Below are positions 1 to 11,521 of a stretch of DNA of 64,000 bases, in pieces. Below the pieces are notes generated by a model. It was not told the DNA's origin and made no database searches. It was given only the letters and a program-made list of their open reading frames with translations. Origin of the DNA: Octopus sinensis (Eukaryota); NCBI RefSeq assembly GCF_006345805.1, contig NC_043018.1, forward strand, positions 4,650,001 through 4,714,000. The letters are read 5' to 3'. Position 1 is the stretch's first letter. Each line of letters starts with the position of its first letter. The translations under genes were made by a program, and so were the position numbers.

Positions 1-930
1 CTGTGCTCACAAAAAGGTCATTGTGATTCACCTTCTTGATCGTTACATTCTTCCTTAAATCTCTCTTGAGTCTTGCATGCGTAATCCTGGCCTCTTCAAA
101 CTCTTTCACTCCACTCCACACTTTTGTTCGCCATCCAGCTCAATCCGAAGCAAGGGTTTCTATGTCCTCTGGATCCATTCCAAGTGACTTCATAGTAGTG
201 CTAATACTGTCCTTAAACATTTTTTTAGGTTTATGCCGATAGCGTTTCCCTTCCGCTTGCTCACCATAAAACAGCTGTTTGGGCGTGCGTTCATTTGCCA
301 TTCGAACAATATGGCCACACCATCTCATTTGGTTCCTCAAAACCATAGCTTTAATTGAGGTGATGCCTGCAGATGCAAGGACATCTGTGTTTGGAGTAAA
401 AGAACTCCATTTAATGTTTAAAATGTGATGAAGGCATTTTTGGTGGAATTGTTCTAACAATTTGAAATGTCCTTCATAACAAGTCCATGTTTCACAAGAA
501 TACAACAGGGATGGTAAGACAAACGATTTGTAAAGAGACAGCTTTGTTTTCTCATTTATATGTTGCTGGCACCAAATGTGCGACTCCAAGTCACCAAATT
601 CTTTTGCTACCCTTTGAATTCGCAGCTGTATTTCTGTATCAAAATTTCCATCATTTTGTACAGAGATTCCAAGGTAGAGGAACGAATCAACAACCTCAAG
701 TAACTTAACCTTAACAAAAATTTTAGTGGGGCTACAAACAGCACCACACACAGGTTGATGCATTACAACTGTTTTTTTCAAGTTGATGGTCAAGCCAAAA
801 TCATCACAAGTTGAGTCAAATACAGATACAACAGATTGCAGACCTGTTTTAAAATCACTGACAAGATCGCAATCGTCAGCATATAAAAGTTCCCTAATGA
901 GTGAAATAAAAGCCTTCGTTTTGAATTTCA
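1..930 (-). mobile_element. RTE-clade (BovB-like) LINE fragment, RT C-terminal region
   Basis: ORF 140-967(-) contains ELLYADD (RT catalytic motif), FGLTINLKKT, YLG, YSCETW, FHQKCL..ILNIKW and RWCGHIVRM, all typical of RTE ORFs. The 5' end is truncated near 930. Confidence 0.85.
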
Positions 931-1279
931 GAGAGAGAGGGGTGGGGATAGTGAAGCAGATAAACATAATTAGGCCAGATATATATAAATATATATATAT
1001 ATATATATTAATTAATAAGGGTGAGAGAATTAGATACTAATTAATAGTATATCTATTCTACACCAAGTGGCCTAGTGCTCCGAGAAACCTGGATTATTAT
1101 AATATTTTATAATATATTATAATATTTTTACAAAATAAATATAAGAGAGTGGTCACTATATGGCTCACTCTAGCACCAGTTAATCCAAAAGGTTTCAACC
1201 ACAAAAATACATGTTTCCCATGAAAGTCAGTACGATTGTTAGCTCACACGGACAGGGCAAATAAAAAATAACAAAAATA

Positions 1280-1375
1280 CAGATTATTTTGGGACAATTG
1301 TTTCGCTATTAATGAATTAAATGTAATATTACTTACAAAAAAATCCACTTGTAGCTCCTCAGCCAAAACTATCTG
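1280..1375 (-). ncRNA. Type I hammerhead ribozyme (copy 1)
   Basis: Minus strand reads CAGAUAGUUUUGG-CUGAGGA-GCUA-(43 nt)-UAGC-GAAAC-AAUU-GUC^CCAAAAUAAUCUG. All core nucleotides are present. Stem I is 13 bp with one G.U and one A/A, stem II is 4 bp, and loop III is palindromic. Predicted cleavage is between 1293 and 1292. Confidence 0.85.
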
Positions 1376-1812
1376 GATGAAATCCACTCAATCACACACC
1401 AGATTTTACCATAACGATAAATACGCGTGTGGTTCAATTGATTACATCCGACGTTATAATTCAAATGCCCCAACTAACAGCGCGCCAAATTTTCACGGAA
1501 AACAAATACAGCATTAGAAATAAATGCAGCATAATTATAATTAATAATAAGGGTGAGAGAATTAGATACTAATTTAATAGTATATCTATTCTACACCAAG
1601 TGGCCTAGTGCTCCGAGAAACCTGGATTATTATAATATTTTATAATATATTATAATATTTTTACAAAATAAATATAAGAGAGTGGTCACTATATGGCTCA
1701 CTCTAGCACCAGTTAATCCAAAAGGTTTCAACCACAAAAATACATGTTTCCCATGAAAGTCAGTACGATTGTTAGCTCACACGGACAGGGCAAATAAAAA
1801 ATAACAAAAATA

Positions 1813-1906
1813 CAGATTATTTTGGGACAATGTTTCGCTATTAATGAATTAAATGTAATTTACTTACAAAAAAATCCACTTGTAGCTCCTCAGCCAAAAC
1901 TATCTG
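1813..1906 (-). ncRNA. Type I hammerhead ribozyme (copy 2, loop III one nt shorter)
   Basis: Same as copy 1 except GAAAC-AUU-GUC (one base missing, either a mutation or a consensus error). Predicted cleavage is at 1826/1825. Confidence 0.75.
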
Positions 1907-2501
1907 GATGAAATCCACTCAATCACACACCAGATTTTACCATAACGATAAATACGCGTGTGGTCAATTGATTACATCCGACGTTATAATTCAAATGCCC
2001 CAACTAACAGCGCGCCAAATTTTCACGGAAAACAAATACAGCATTTAGAAATAAATGCAGCATAATTATAATTAATTAATAAGGGTGAGAGAATTAGATA
2101 CTAATTAATAGTATATCTATTCTACACCAAGTGGCCTAGTGCTCCGAGAAACCTGGATTATTATAATATTTTATAATATATTATAATATTTTTACAAAAT
2201 AAATATAAGAGAGTGGTCACTATAATATATTATAAAATATTATAATAATCCAGGTTTCTCGGAGCACTAGGCCACTTGGTGTAGAATAGATATACTATTA
2301 AATTAGTATCTAATTCTCTCACCCTTATTAATTAATTATAATTATGCTGCATTTATTTCTAAATGCTGTATTTGTTTTCCGTGAAAATTTGGCGCGCTGT
2401 TAGTTGGGGCATTTGAATTATAACGTCGGATGTAATCAATTGAACCACACGCGTATTTATCGTTATGGTAAAATCTGGTGTGTGATTGAGTGGATTTCAT
2501 C

Positions 2502-2596
2502 CAGATAGTTTTGGCTGAGGAGCTACAAGTGGATTTTTTTGTAAGTAATATACATTTAATTCATTAATAGCGAAACAATTGTCCCAAAATAATCTG
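2502..2596 (+). ncRNA. Type I hammerhead ribozyme (copy 3, inverted arm)
   Basis: CAGATAGTTTTGG 2502-2514, CTGAGGA 2515-2521, GCTA 2522-2525 pairing with TAGC 2568-2571, GAAAC 2572-2576, AATT, GTC 2581-2583, CCAAAATAATCTG 2584-2596. Confidence 0.85.
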
Positions 2597-2846
2597 TATT
2601 TTTGTTATTTTTTATTTGCCCTGTCCGTGTGAGCTAACAATCGTACTGACTTTCATGGGAAACATGTATTTTTGTGGTTGTTGAAACTTTTGGATTAACT
2701 GGTGCTAGAGTGAGCCATATAGTGACCACTCTCTTATATTTATTTTATATATATATATATATATATATACACATTTAGAGATATATTGGGAGATATATAG
2801 GTATGAAATCTAAATATATTCAGAAGATAAACACATAAACAGAAGC

Positions 2847-2900
<54 letters not shown>

Positions 2901-4023
2901 ACAAATACATTTACTTTTACATGGAGTATAAAAAAATACAGAAAACTGAGGGAAGAAAGCATAGTTTTTTTAACCAGCAGTTTCTGTGAGTTTGAAATTT
3001 TTTTATAGTTAGCAGATGCAATGTGCAAAAAAGTCTTGAATATGCAACAACATAATTCGTTCCATTTTCTGTTTGGGCTACATTCAATGAGAAACAATTG
3101 ATAATGTCTGTGCATGTGTTATGTGACAAAGAGAAGAAGAGGAGAAGAGAGAGAGAGAGAGAGAGAGAGACAAAAAATAGGCAGACAGACAGACAAACAG
3201 AGAGAGAGGCAGATAGATAGCTTATAGCGTGTTAAATAGCAACAATATACAAAGGCAACCTTGTGAAAGGATAAATATGTGATCTTTCCTTTATAACAGC
3301 CATTGAAATGTTTTGTTGTCCCTCTGGGTCAGGGGTTTCTAGCCAAGGTGGGATGGTACCCTAGGTTGAGGTTGACAACAGGTGAATTGCAGCCACAAGT
3401 GGACCACAGAAGTATTCTCTTCAGGGTTTGGACCTTCTCGAAAATTCCTTTCAAATTTAAGATATTTGCAGATCATTGATCCGTTGATGGTCTTTAGATA
3501 GCCTACCGTGTCCCAGTATCTGAATTAGAGGAGGCATGTGACTAACCAGCTTTGACAAGTAGACATCATTGTTGTAGCAGTAAAAGAAAAGACAGAAAGT
3601 GGGGAATAACATGTCTTTGAGCCAGAAATTGGCTTCTTTTAGTCTGCTAATCTGTCAGGTGGCTTTTTTTGGCATGCAACTAACAGCAGCACCTTTACAG
3701 ATGAATAAGACTTCCATAATCCAAATCCATGCAGTCGGAAAGACTTTCCTAAAGACATCCAAAAAACAAGTGAAGGATTAAGTCAACTAGCAAAAAACAA
3801 AGCTAATTTGATTCAATGAGCTTCTGTGTAGTTTCCATTTGGCCCTAATTTAACTTTCGATGCTTGGGTAGAAGGTATTTGCTCAAACCCAGAACTGTGT
3901 GATCAAAAAAAAAACCATCTTAACCACAGAACCATGTCTGTGACTGTTGATGTTCAAACATAAAAATTGGAATCAGGAAAATTTGTCTAAAAATGACGTT
4001 TATAGAAAACTTAAATAGATAAC

Positions 4024-4122
4024 CTCATGGAATTTCTTCATTTGGAATGGTAATTTAGTGCGGCAAGAGTTTAACACCTGGAAATCAGAGAGCTTTACTT
4101 CGATACTTCCAGTCTGCATTTT
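4024..4122 (-). CDS. DARS2: Mitochondrial aspartate--tRNA ligase, coding exon 4
   Basis: tatttcag|AAAATG...CATGAG|gttatc. Translates to KMQTGSIEVKLSDFQVLNSCRTKLPFQMKKFHE, similar to human DARS2 [32 protein letters not shown]. Phase 0/0. Confidence 0.9.
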
Positions 4123-4364
4123 CTGAAATAAAGAATTTGAAACAAAAAAATAACAGCGACAACAACAACAAGAGCAACAACAGCAATAACAACAACAACA
4201 ATACTAAATATAAAACAATTCTAATTTCAAAGACTAAGAATGTCAATTTTATGGTTGGTTTCTCTGTGTAAAAGATTTCCACTTGAATACAAGATAAATC
4301 GATGACATATTGGAATCTAAAGACACAAATGTCACATACAGGGTCCAATCAAAAAGTATGTATG

Positions 4365-4396
<32 letters not shown>

Positions 4397-4943
4397 CACA
4401 TGCACACGTGTGTTTGTGCCTCGTTGTCTTTACATGTCAGTGAATATCACAGCCATGCAAGTCGTGTCATCCCTTTTACTTGCTTCAGTCATTAGACTGT
4501 GGCCATGCTGGGGCACCATCTTGAAGAACTTTTTGTGAAATGAATCAACCCCAGCACTTTTTTTTTAAGCCTTGTACTTATTTTATCAGTTCTCTTTTGT
4601 CAAACTGCGAAGTTACAGGGGCATAAGCGCACCAACACCAATAGTCAGGCAATGGTGGGGAACAAACACATACACACATATATACATACATATACGACAG
4701 GCTTCTCTCAGTTTCCAGCTACCAAATCCACTCACAAGGCTTCGGTCAACCTAAGACATTTACTGCAGGGGACTGAACCTAGAACCAAGTGCTTGGGAAG
4801 CAAGCTTCTTATCACCCAGCCATGCAAACATGTCAGGTTATAGAGAAATACTCTCTTAGCCGCAAACTGGTGAGGGCTGGCAATAGGATAGCTGTCTGTC
4901 TGTAGATTGTGAAGTAGAAGATTTGTTTCAACAAATATAGGTG

Positions 4944-5108
4944 TAGGAGTGGCTGTGTGGTAAGTAGCTTGCTTATGAACCACATGGTTCTGGGTTCAGT
5001 CCCACTGCGTGGCACCTTGGGCAAGTGTCTTCTACTATAGCCTCAGGCCAACCAAAGCCTTGTGAATGGATTTGGTAGATGGAAACTGAAAGAAGCCCAT
5101 CGTATATA

Positions 5109-5173
<65 letters not shown>

Positions 5174-5393
5174 GTATGTGTATGTTTGTTTGTGCTTCTA
5201 TGTTTGTCCCCCCAACATTGCTTGACAACCGATGGTGGTGTGTTTACATCCCTGTAACTTAGCGGTTCGGCATAAGAGACTAATAGAATAAGTACCAGGC
5301 TTACAAAGAATAAGTCCTGGGGTCAATTTGCTCGACTAAAGGTGATGCTCCAGCATGGCCACAATCAAATGATTGAAACAAGTAAAAGAGTAA
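4944..5393 (+). mobile_element. tRNA-derived SINE (representative of the most abundant family in the window)
   Basis: Head GGCTGTGTGGTAAG...GGTTCAGTCCC followed by CCTTGGGCAAGTGTCTT, an internal (TA/TG)n tract and a tail ending GAAACAAGTAAAAGAG. Many related copies on both strands, e.g. ~4450-4800(-), 5845-6005, 8090-8410(-), 10990-11180(-), 47515-47670, 48660-48790(-), 60760-61120(-), 62265-62430. Confidence 0.75.
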
Positions 5394-5512
5394 ATTCCTT
5401 CAGGACGTTATGATAAGGATGATGATGATGGTTCATTTGCCAATAACCAAGATTGTCATTTATTTAAAACAGAAAAAGACAAAAACAAAACAGAACAAAA
5501 CAATATACTTGC

Positions 5513-5611
5513 ATCATTTTGTTGATCTTCTGGCCGTTTCATGACGGTGCCCTGCACTTGAATCACTGATTCCAAGGGTAAATTTGAGACGAGAGGATGA
5601 AGCATGTCTTG
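5513..5611 (-). CDS. DARS2: Mitochondrial aspartate--tRNA ligase, coding exon 3 (followed by a GC donor)
   Basis: cattgttag|CAAGAC...AATGAT|gcaagt. Translates to QDMLHPLVSNLPLESVIQVQGTVMKRPEDQQND, similar to human ..[24 protein letters not shown] (OB-fold). Confidence 0.88.
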
Positions 5612-6360
5612 CTAACAATGACAAAACAAACAAAGAATTCAAAAACCTCATTAAATTTGAAATAACAAGAATTTTAGTGAATTAATTCATTGAATCAGAT
5701 TATTTAGTTTTCTAATTTTTTCCTGGTTGTTGTTGTTTAGCCATAGGCCAGCTCTCCCCCAGCAGGCCCACAATAAATGGCTAATACATCACAGTTCTTT
5801 TTTTTTGTTAGTTGTTTTCTTTAGGTTTTTAGAAATATTGTCACAAGCATGGCTGAGTGGTTAAGAAGTTTGCTTCCCAACCACATAGCTTCAAGTTCAA
5901 TTCAACTGTGTGGCACCTTGAGCAGATGTTTTCTACAATACCTCTGGGCTGGCCAAAGCTTTGTAAGTGGATTTGGTAGAAGAAAACTGAAAGAAGCCCA
6001 TTGCACACACACTCACACATGTACACAAAAACATTATATATATATAATATATAAATTAGAGAAAAAAACCACTATTATGCAATCCAAACAATGATAGACA
6101 TAAACCAAATCATAAATAAAAAATATTTTTATAAAACATATAACTAGATCACAAAAAGTATAAAAATGAATAATCAATATATAATAAATATATAATAAGT
6201 AAAAAAACTATGTATGTTTCATGGCTATAATTAAATTCGAATTACAATGAAATTTAAATTTAATCGAAAATCAACTCAATTTAAAATTATAGTCACTCTT
6301 CAGGTTAACAATAATAGTTAAATAAATAAGCAAAGAGTTAAACAATATTTATTAAAAATA

Positions 6361-7104
6361 TCTATTTATATAAAACTCAACTTGTGTGTCTGTGTGTGTC
6401 TGTGTGTGTGTCTGTGTGTTTAACTTCCTGGCACATCTCCTCCTAGCCAACAAATCGTAGAACCACCAAAAATGGGTCACTTAAAGTTTAGGAGAATGAA
6501 AATTGAACTGCGCTATTTCTGTTCCGAAATTCATATCGCAAGAGCAAAAATCGATAATGTGTTTGTTTAGGCCTTATCCCATGCATTGAATAGTGAACTT
6601 TACTCAGTCAGCTGTTTGACGTGAACTGTGTTCACCATGCATGCAAGCATGCGTAAATTGCATGAAAAATAGAAAATCAAGATATAAAAACGAATCACCG
6701 TAAACATTGTAGAAATTCGGCAAAGAAATGAATTTTCGGGATGTAGTCTGGAGGGTTTTTTTCGTATTAATATATATATATATATATATCATCATATATA
6801 TGTATATATATATACATATATACATATATATATATGAGAGTATGATAGAAGAAGGCTAACTCTTCCTTCCGTAGAAGAAAAAATTCAAATCGGACCATGT
6901 TAACACCAAAAATTATTTACATCAAAAAGGTGCCTTTTTTCTATGAAAATCCCTATTTTTATGATGTTTTGACTGCTGTGTCGCCATTTTTCGGTGTATT
7001 TCACTTAAGGAGAATAACAAGCTACATACTGCTACATTTTTACTTTTCAAAAATTCCAATTCTAAAGGGTCTAAACAAACCGCAACGCCGGGCGATACTG
7101 CTAG
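6361..7104 (+). mobile_element. Non-autonomous Helitron-like element (copy 1)
   Basis: Starts A|TCTATTTATATAAAACTC and ends in GC-rich CGCAACGCCGGGCGATACTG-CTAG|T, i.e. TC...CTAG termini at an A|T site. A second copy is at ~37318-37964. Confidence 0.7.
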
Positions 7105-7733
7105 TATATATATATAATAATAGTAATAATAATAATAATATAAATAAATATAAATATATGCATATATACATACATATATGTACATACCTACATATATATG
7201 TATATATACAGGCATATATGGGTACATGGCATCAAAAAAACGTGGACAGAATGAGAAATGAGAACATAAAAACGAACTTTTTTCGAACAACGAAAAAACA
7301 GACAAACAGAGAACTGAGACATACAACATAAAGAACATTCCCTTCATCAGTTGTCCCATGTTTCATCTACTCTGCATTTCGAAGGTAAGGACAATACACG
7401 ACTTCGTTGAAACAGTCCTTTCCGCAAAGCGAATTAAATAGAATTTGGGATTTTTTGCAGAGGGTGAAAGTGGTAACAAAAACAGGACATTGAGAACAAA
7501 ACAGTAAAAACAAACAGTGAGAGTTGTGAAGCCACACATAAATATCATTTATTGTATACAGTATAAAGGTACAAGCTATTAATAGTTACTTGCTTTGGAG
7601 ACACGGGTCTAGGTAGGTTTTTATAACAGACCTTGTGTCTCCAAGCAACCTTCAGGCTTGTGGAGGTTGTGGTGGTGGTGATGATGATGATGATGTTTTT
7701 TTTTTAAATACCTCACTATTTCTTCCTATTTAC

Positions 7734-7906
7734 CTTTTCTGCTGGGATGAGAACTTGTGTTATTCCTTGCCAATCCCGTAGCAACAGGAACTGATCCAAT
7801 CTTTTGTACTGGAGCCAACCACAGAGAACCACAACTTTGCCAACATCATCCAAGCCAAGTTCCCCACAGGAATGACTGCGTGATCTCAGGTAACTGCTCA
7901 CCATTC
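7734..7906 (-). CDS. DARS2: Mitochondrial aspartate--tRNA ligase, coding exon 2
   Basis: tttcacag|GAATGG...GAAAAG|gtaaat. Translates to MVSSYLRSRSHSCGELGLDDVGKVVVLCGWLQYKRLDQFLLLRDWQGITQVLIPAEK, the AspRS N-terminal RT(H/N)xCGEL...LCGW...LRD motif. Phase 1/0. Confidence 0.93.
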
Positions 7907-8909
7907 CTGTGAAACAAACAAATAAAAAATACATTTGAGAATTTTTTTAAATCTTGTTGTTCCTTAACACTAAATGGGTCAAGATTGAGCAGACATATAA
8001 TCAAAGGTCTTCCAACCATGACCATCCTGTCTTTTGCTATGGCATAATTGCACTCTGGACTACGATATCCAATGAACTCTTTTTTCTTTTCTTTTACTTG
8101 TTTCAGTTATTAGACTGTGGCCATGCTGGGGCACCACCTCGAAGAATTCTTTTTAGTGGAATGAATTGAACCCAGTACTTAGTTTTTTAAGCCTGGTACT
8201 TATTCTATCGATTTCTTATGCTGAACTGCTAAGTTATAGGGATGTAAACACACCAACCCTGGTTGTCAGGCGGTGTGTGTGGAGGGGGAACAAACACAGA
8301 CACACATAGATATATACATACATATAAGATGTGCTTCTTTCAGCTTCCCTCTACCAAATTCACCCACAAGGCTTCGGTTGGCCTGGGGCTATAACAGAAG
8401 ACGCATGCCTGAAATTTCTTCCAGTAGAATGGAATTACCCACCCGAATTCAAAGTGAGTTCTTCAATCATTTATTCTATGTTTTTAATTAATTTTCTTTT
8501 AATTATGCTATTTCTATACAGCAACTTTGACATCTTTATTATTGATTAAATAAATATTTTTTTAATATAAATTTATGAATAGGAATTTTATGAAATAATG
8601 TTATGCAATAATTAATTTATCGCTTTATAAATGAAGTGTAAGTGTTGTAGATTCAATGGTTTTGAACAGAAAATAAATCATTCCTCACTTCACTGAACAG
8701 GAAATAGTAGACAAAATATAGTTTTACCCTCATGACAAAGAATTTTAAAACAAAAACCCAAGAAAAGGGAATATACTTTCAAACAGAAACAGAAACCAGG
8801 TTTACTTTCAAATACATTTCTATAACAATATGCATAATAACAGCTGTGTGAATGTTAATTTCTCTGGTCAAGCTTTACATCGTCTAGAGAGGTGGGGAGT
8901 GAAAGAGAG

Positions 8910-8950
<41 letters not shown>

Positions 8951-9729
8951 ATGTAAGAGGTGAGGGATGAGGAGTGAACATGCAAGACTTTGTGGTGAGG
9001 GAGTAAATGACAGAAATTATCGAGAATTTGCTTTATTTAATTTTAATAGTAAGATAATAAAGCGTTTTCTTTTGAAAATTAGCATTCATTTCATTGTTTT
9101 GTCTATAAACACCAAGAAATGTGGTGAAAGTTGAATTATACTTATTATATTGTAAGCCATATTTCTTGATATTAATGATGGTGACAAAACTATACTTTAA
9201 AAATAACTTTGTCACATGATGGATAAGCGTCTAGTTTTGTAATCTATTAAGTAAATGTGACATGTTATAATACAGTTATGTAACAGAACAAAACAAAACA
9301 CATACACATAAACACACAAAATGTGAAGCAAGAAATTAACTTTTTCATTTCCTGATCATACACACCTGACTGAGGTCCTGTCTTTTACACCTCATCCATT
9401 ATCCGTAATATAAATTTTACTTGATTTAGGGTAATTTACCCTTGTTCCGCAATCCCTCATCTACAGATTTGCTCATTAGATCATCCAAAATCATAGATAA
9501 ACATAAAGACTGTGATTTCTTTTCCCCAATATGTTATAAGGAAAATTCTGACATTCACACTTTTTGAAACACCATTAGCAGCAGCGTATGGGAAGGAATC
9601 TAAATCAGGTTAGCAGACTCCAGACTCTGTTCTTTGGAATGACGCCATAACTGTTTGGTGTTTGGCAAAAATCAATAACTAATCCTTTGCACTGTAGCGA
9701 TAAATCAAGTTTGATTGATTAAGTTTGCA

Positions 9730-10700
9730 TGAGAAGAGTTGTGTATCAATAGGTGATTGAAGACAGGAATTAATAAGTAATTAGCAATACGTATCAACAG
9801 GATCAGAAGAAAGTGTCACTATGTGATCATGAGTATATATATCAACATGAATGGTAGGCACCAATAGAAGATCAGAGGTATCAACAGGCAGAGATGTGTA
9901 TTGATGTGATCAGAGTTATATATCAATCATTAATCAGAGGTAAATATTAATCTTATCAGAGGTGTGTACCAAATAGTTGACCAGAACTATGAATAGTCGG
10001 AGTTAAGTATTGACGGCACTCCATCAGTTATGATGACGAGTGCCCCAGTTGATCTGATCAATGGATCAATCTGTTCGTGAAATTAACGTGCAAGCGACTG
10101 AGTACTCCACAGACGGGCATACCCTAAATGTAGCTCCCAGTGAACTGAAGCAGTGTGAAATAAAGGGTCTTGCTCAAGGACACAGTGTGCTGCTGGGAAT
10201 ATGATGCATGAGCTTGTGGTTATGACCCAAACACTTTAACCACTAAGCCAGCCATGTCCAACAGAGCCAGGTATTGGTACGTGGTCAGAAGATGTCTCAA
10301 CAGAGTAAGTTATCAATGAGTAATCAATATCTGATCAGAGGTATTTATCAATAGACGGTTGGTTGTAGGTACAGAAGATGATCAGAAGTATATATCGATA
10401 TATGATCACAGGTGTGTATCAGTAGGTGATCAAGATATGTCTCAATATATGATCAGAGGTATATATCAACAGGTGATCAGAAGTACGTATCAATAGGTGA
10501 TCAGTGGTATGTGTCGTGTAATGAGAGGTTGGTATCAATATGTGATTAATAGACAATCAGAGGTAGGAATGAATAGTTGATCAAACGTAGGTAATGAGAG
10601 GTAGGTATGAGTACATAATGGGAGGTAGGTATGAGTACATAATGGGAGGTAGGTATGAGTACCTGATTAGGTCTATGTATCAATAAGTTATCAGAGGTAC
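9730..10700. repeat. Degenerate minisatellite (GATCAGAGGTATGTATCAATAGGT-like, ~24 bp), interrupted by a SINE
   Basis: TGATCAGAGGTA/TATCAA motifs recur throughout. A near-perfect 24-bp tandem (ATAATGGGAGGTAGGTATGAGTAC) lies at ~10595-10662. Confidence 0.7.
10012..10258 (-). mobile_element. tRNA-derived SINE with conserved central domain
   Basis: Reversed tRNA-like head at the right end (GGCTTAGTGGTTAAAGTG) and internal CGTGAAATTAACGTGCAAG. Related copies at ~13060-13370(+) and 31925-32170(+). Confidence 0.6.
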
Positions 10701-11376
10701 AAATCATTAGCTGATCAGTCTTATTGATCTTCTACCTATTTCCATAAGTCAGTTGTAATGAGAAAGTGGTGGATGAAAGAGTTGCTTTTAGAAAAGGTGC
10801 AAACAAAGCTGTGTAGCTGAAGTGGGGATAACAGGATAGGGATGAAAGGGAGGACAGGGCAGGGAGGAGAGGATTGGGCTGTATGAGGCGAGGGGCGAGG
10901 GGGCGGGGGGAGATAAGCGTAAACCTAATGCATGGAAAGAAGAAATGTGAGGAAGTGGAGATGTAGTTTGGTTTATTGTGGTGAGGTGTTACCCTTTATT
11001 TGTTTCAGTCATTAGACTGTGGCCATGCTGGAGCACTGCCTTGAATCAACCCCAGTCCGTATTTCTTAAGTCTGATATTTATTTTATCAGTCTCTTTTGC
11101 CAAACTGCCAGGTTACAGGGATGCAAACACACCAACACCAGTTGTCAAACAGTGAGGGTGGGGGCAAACACAGACATACACACACACACTATTAAAGCAG
11201 AAAGATTCTCCCCAGACACAATAAAAAAAATATATATATATAAGAGATAATAGTGTCATTGAGACCCAAAGGTGTCAGGTAATGCTGAATAAGTGCTATG
11301 GACAGACCATAGTTAAGTTCCAGATTTGGTAATATTGTGAATAAAGGGTTCAACGTTGGTTCTACGTCAGCGTGTG

Positions 11377-11521
11377 TATATAAGAATTTTTTACGTAATA
11401 AGATAAAACACCAAGGCTGTATAGATATTAGAGCATTTTATAGATATCTATCTATCTATAAATGCTCTAATATCTATAAAGCCTTGGTGTTTTATCTTAT
11501 TACGTAAAAAATTCTTATATA
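11377..11521. repeat. Near-perfect ~145-bp palindrome abutting a (TA)n tract
   Basis: The ~68-bp arms ATATAAGAATTTTTTACGTAATAAGATAAAACACCAAGGCT..TAGATA match their reverse complement with 1 substitution and 1 indel. Confidence 0.9.

Larger units (their letters stand above)
1009..2746. mobile_element. Tandem and inverted array of a ~532-bp non-coding unit carrying a hammerhead ribozyme (retrozyme-like / Penelope pLTR-like), between (TA)n tracts
   Basis: The marker GGGTGAGAGA recurs at 1019, 1551 and 2083 (period 532). Unit 3 is partial, ending ~2224. Bases 2221-2746 are the reverse complement of ~1665-2185. There is no ORF, and each full unit contains an HHR. Confidence 0.85.

Noticed and set aside
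3290-3830. Possible HERO-like 3' fragment on the minus strand
   Set aside because: The resemblance is too weak to call without an alignment.
2771-4023. Search for the next DARS2 exon (expected ..LRLQYRYLDLR..)
   Set aside because: No matching frame was found here or further left, so the exon presumably lies beyond the window start.
7320-7440. Minus-strand CTGATGA with nearby GAAAC as an HHR
   Set aside because: The motifs are in the wrong order for type I, and no helix I/III pairing or cleavage triplet works for types II/III.
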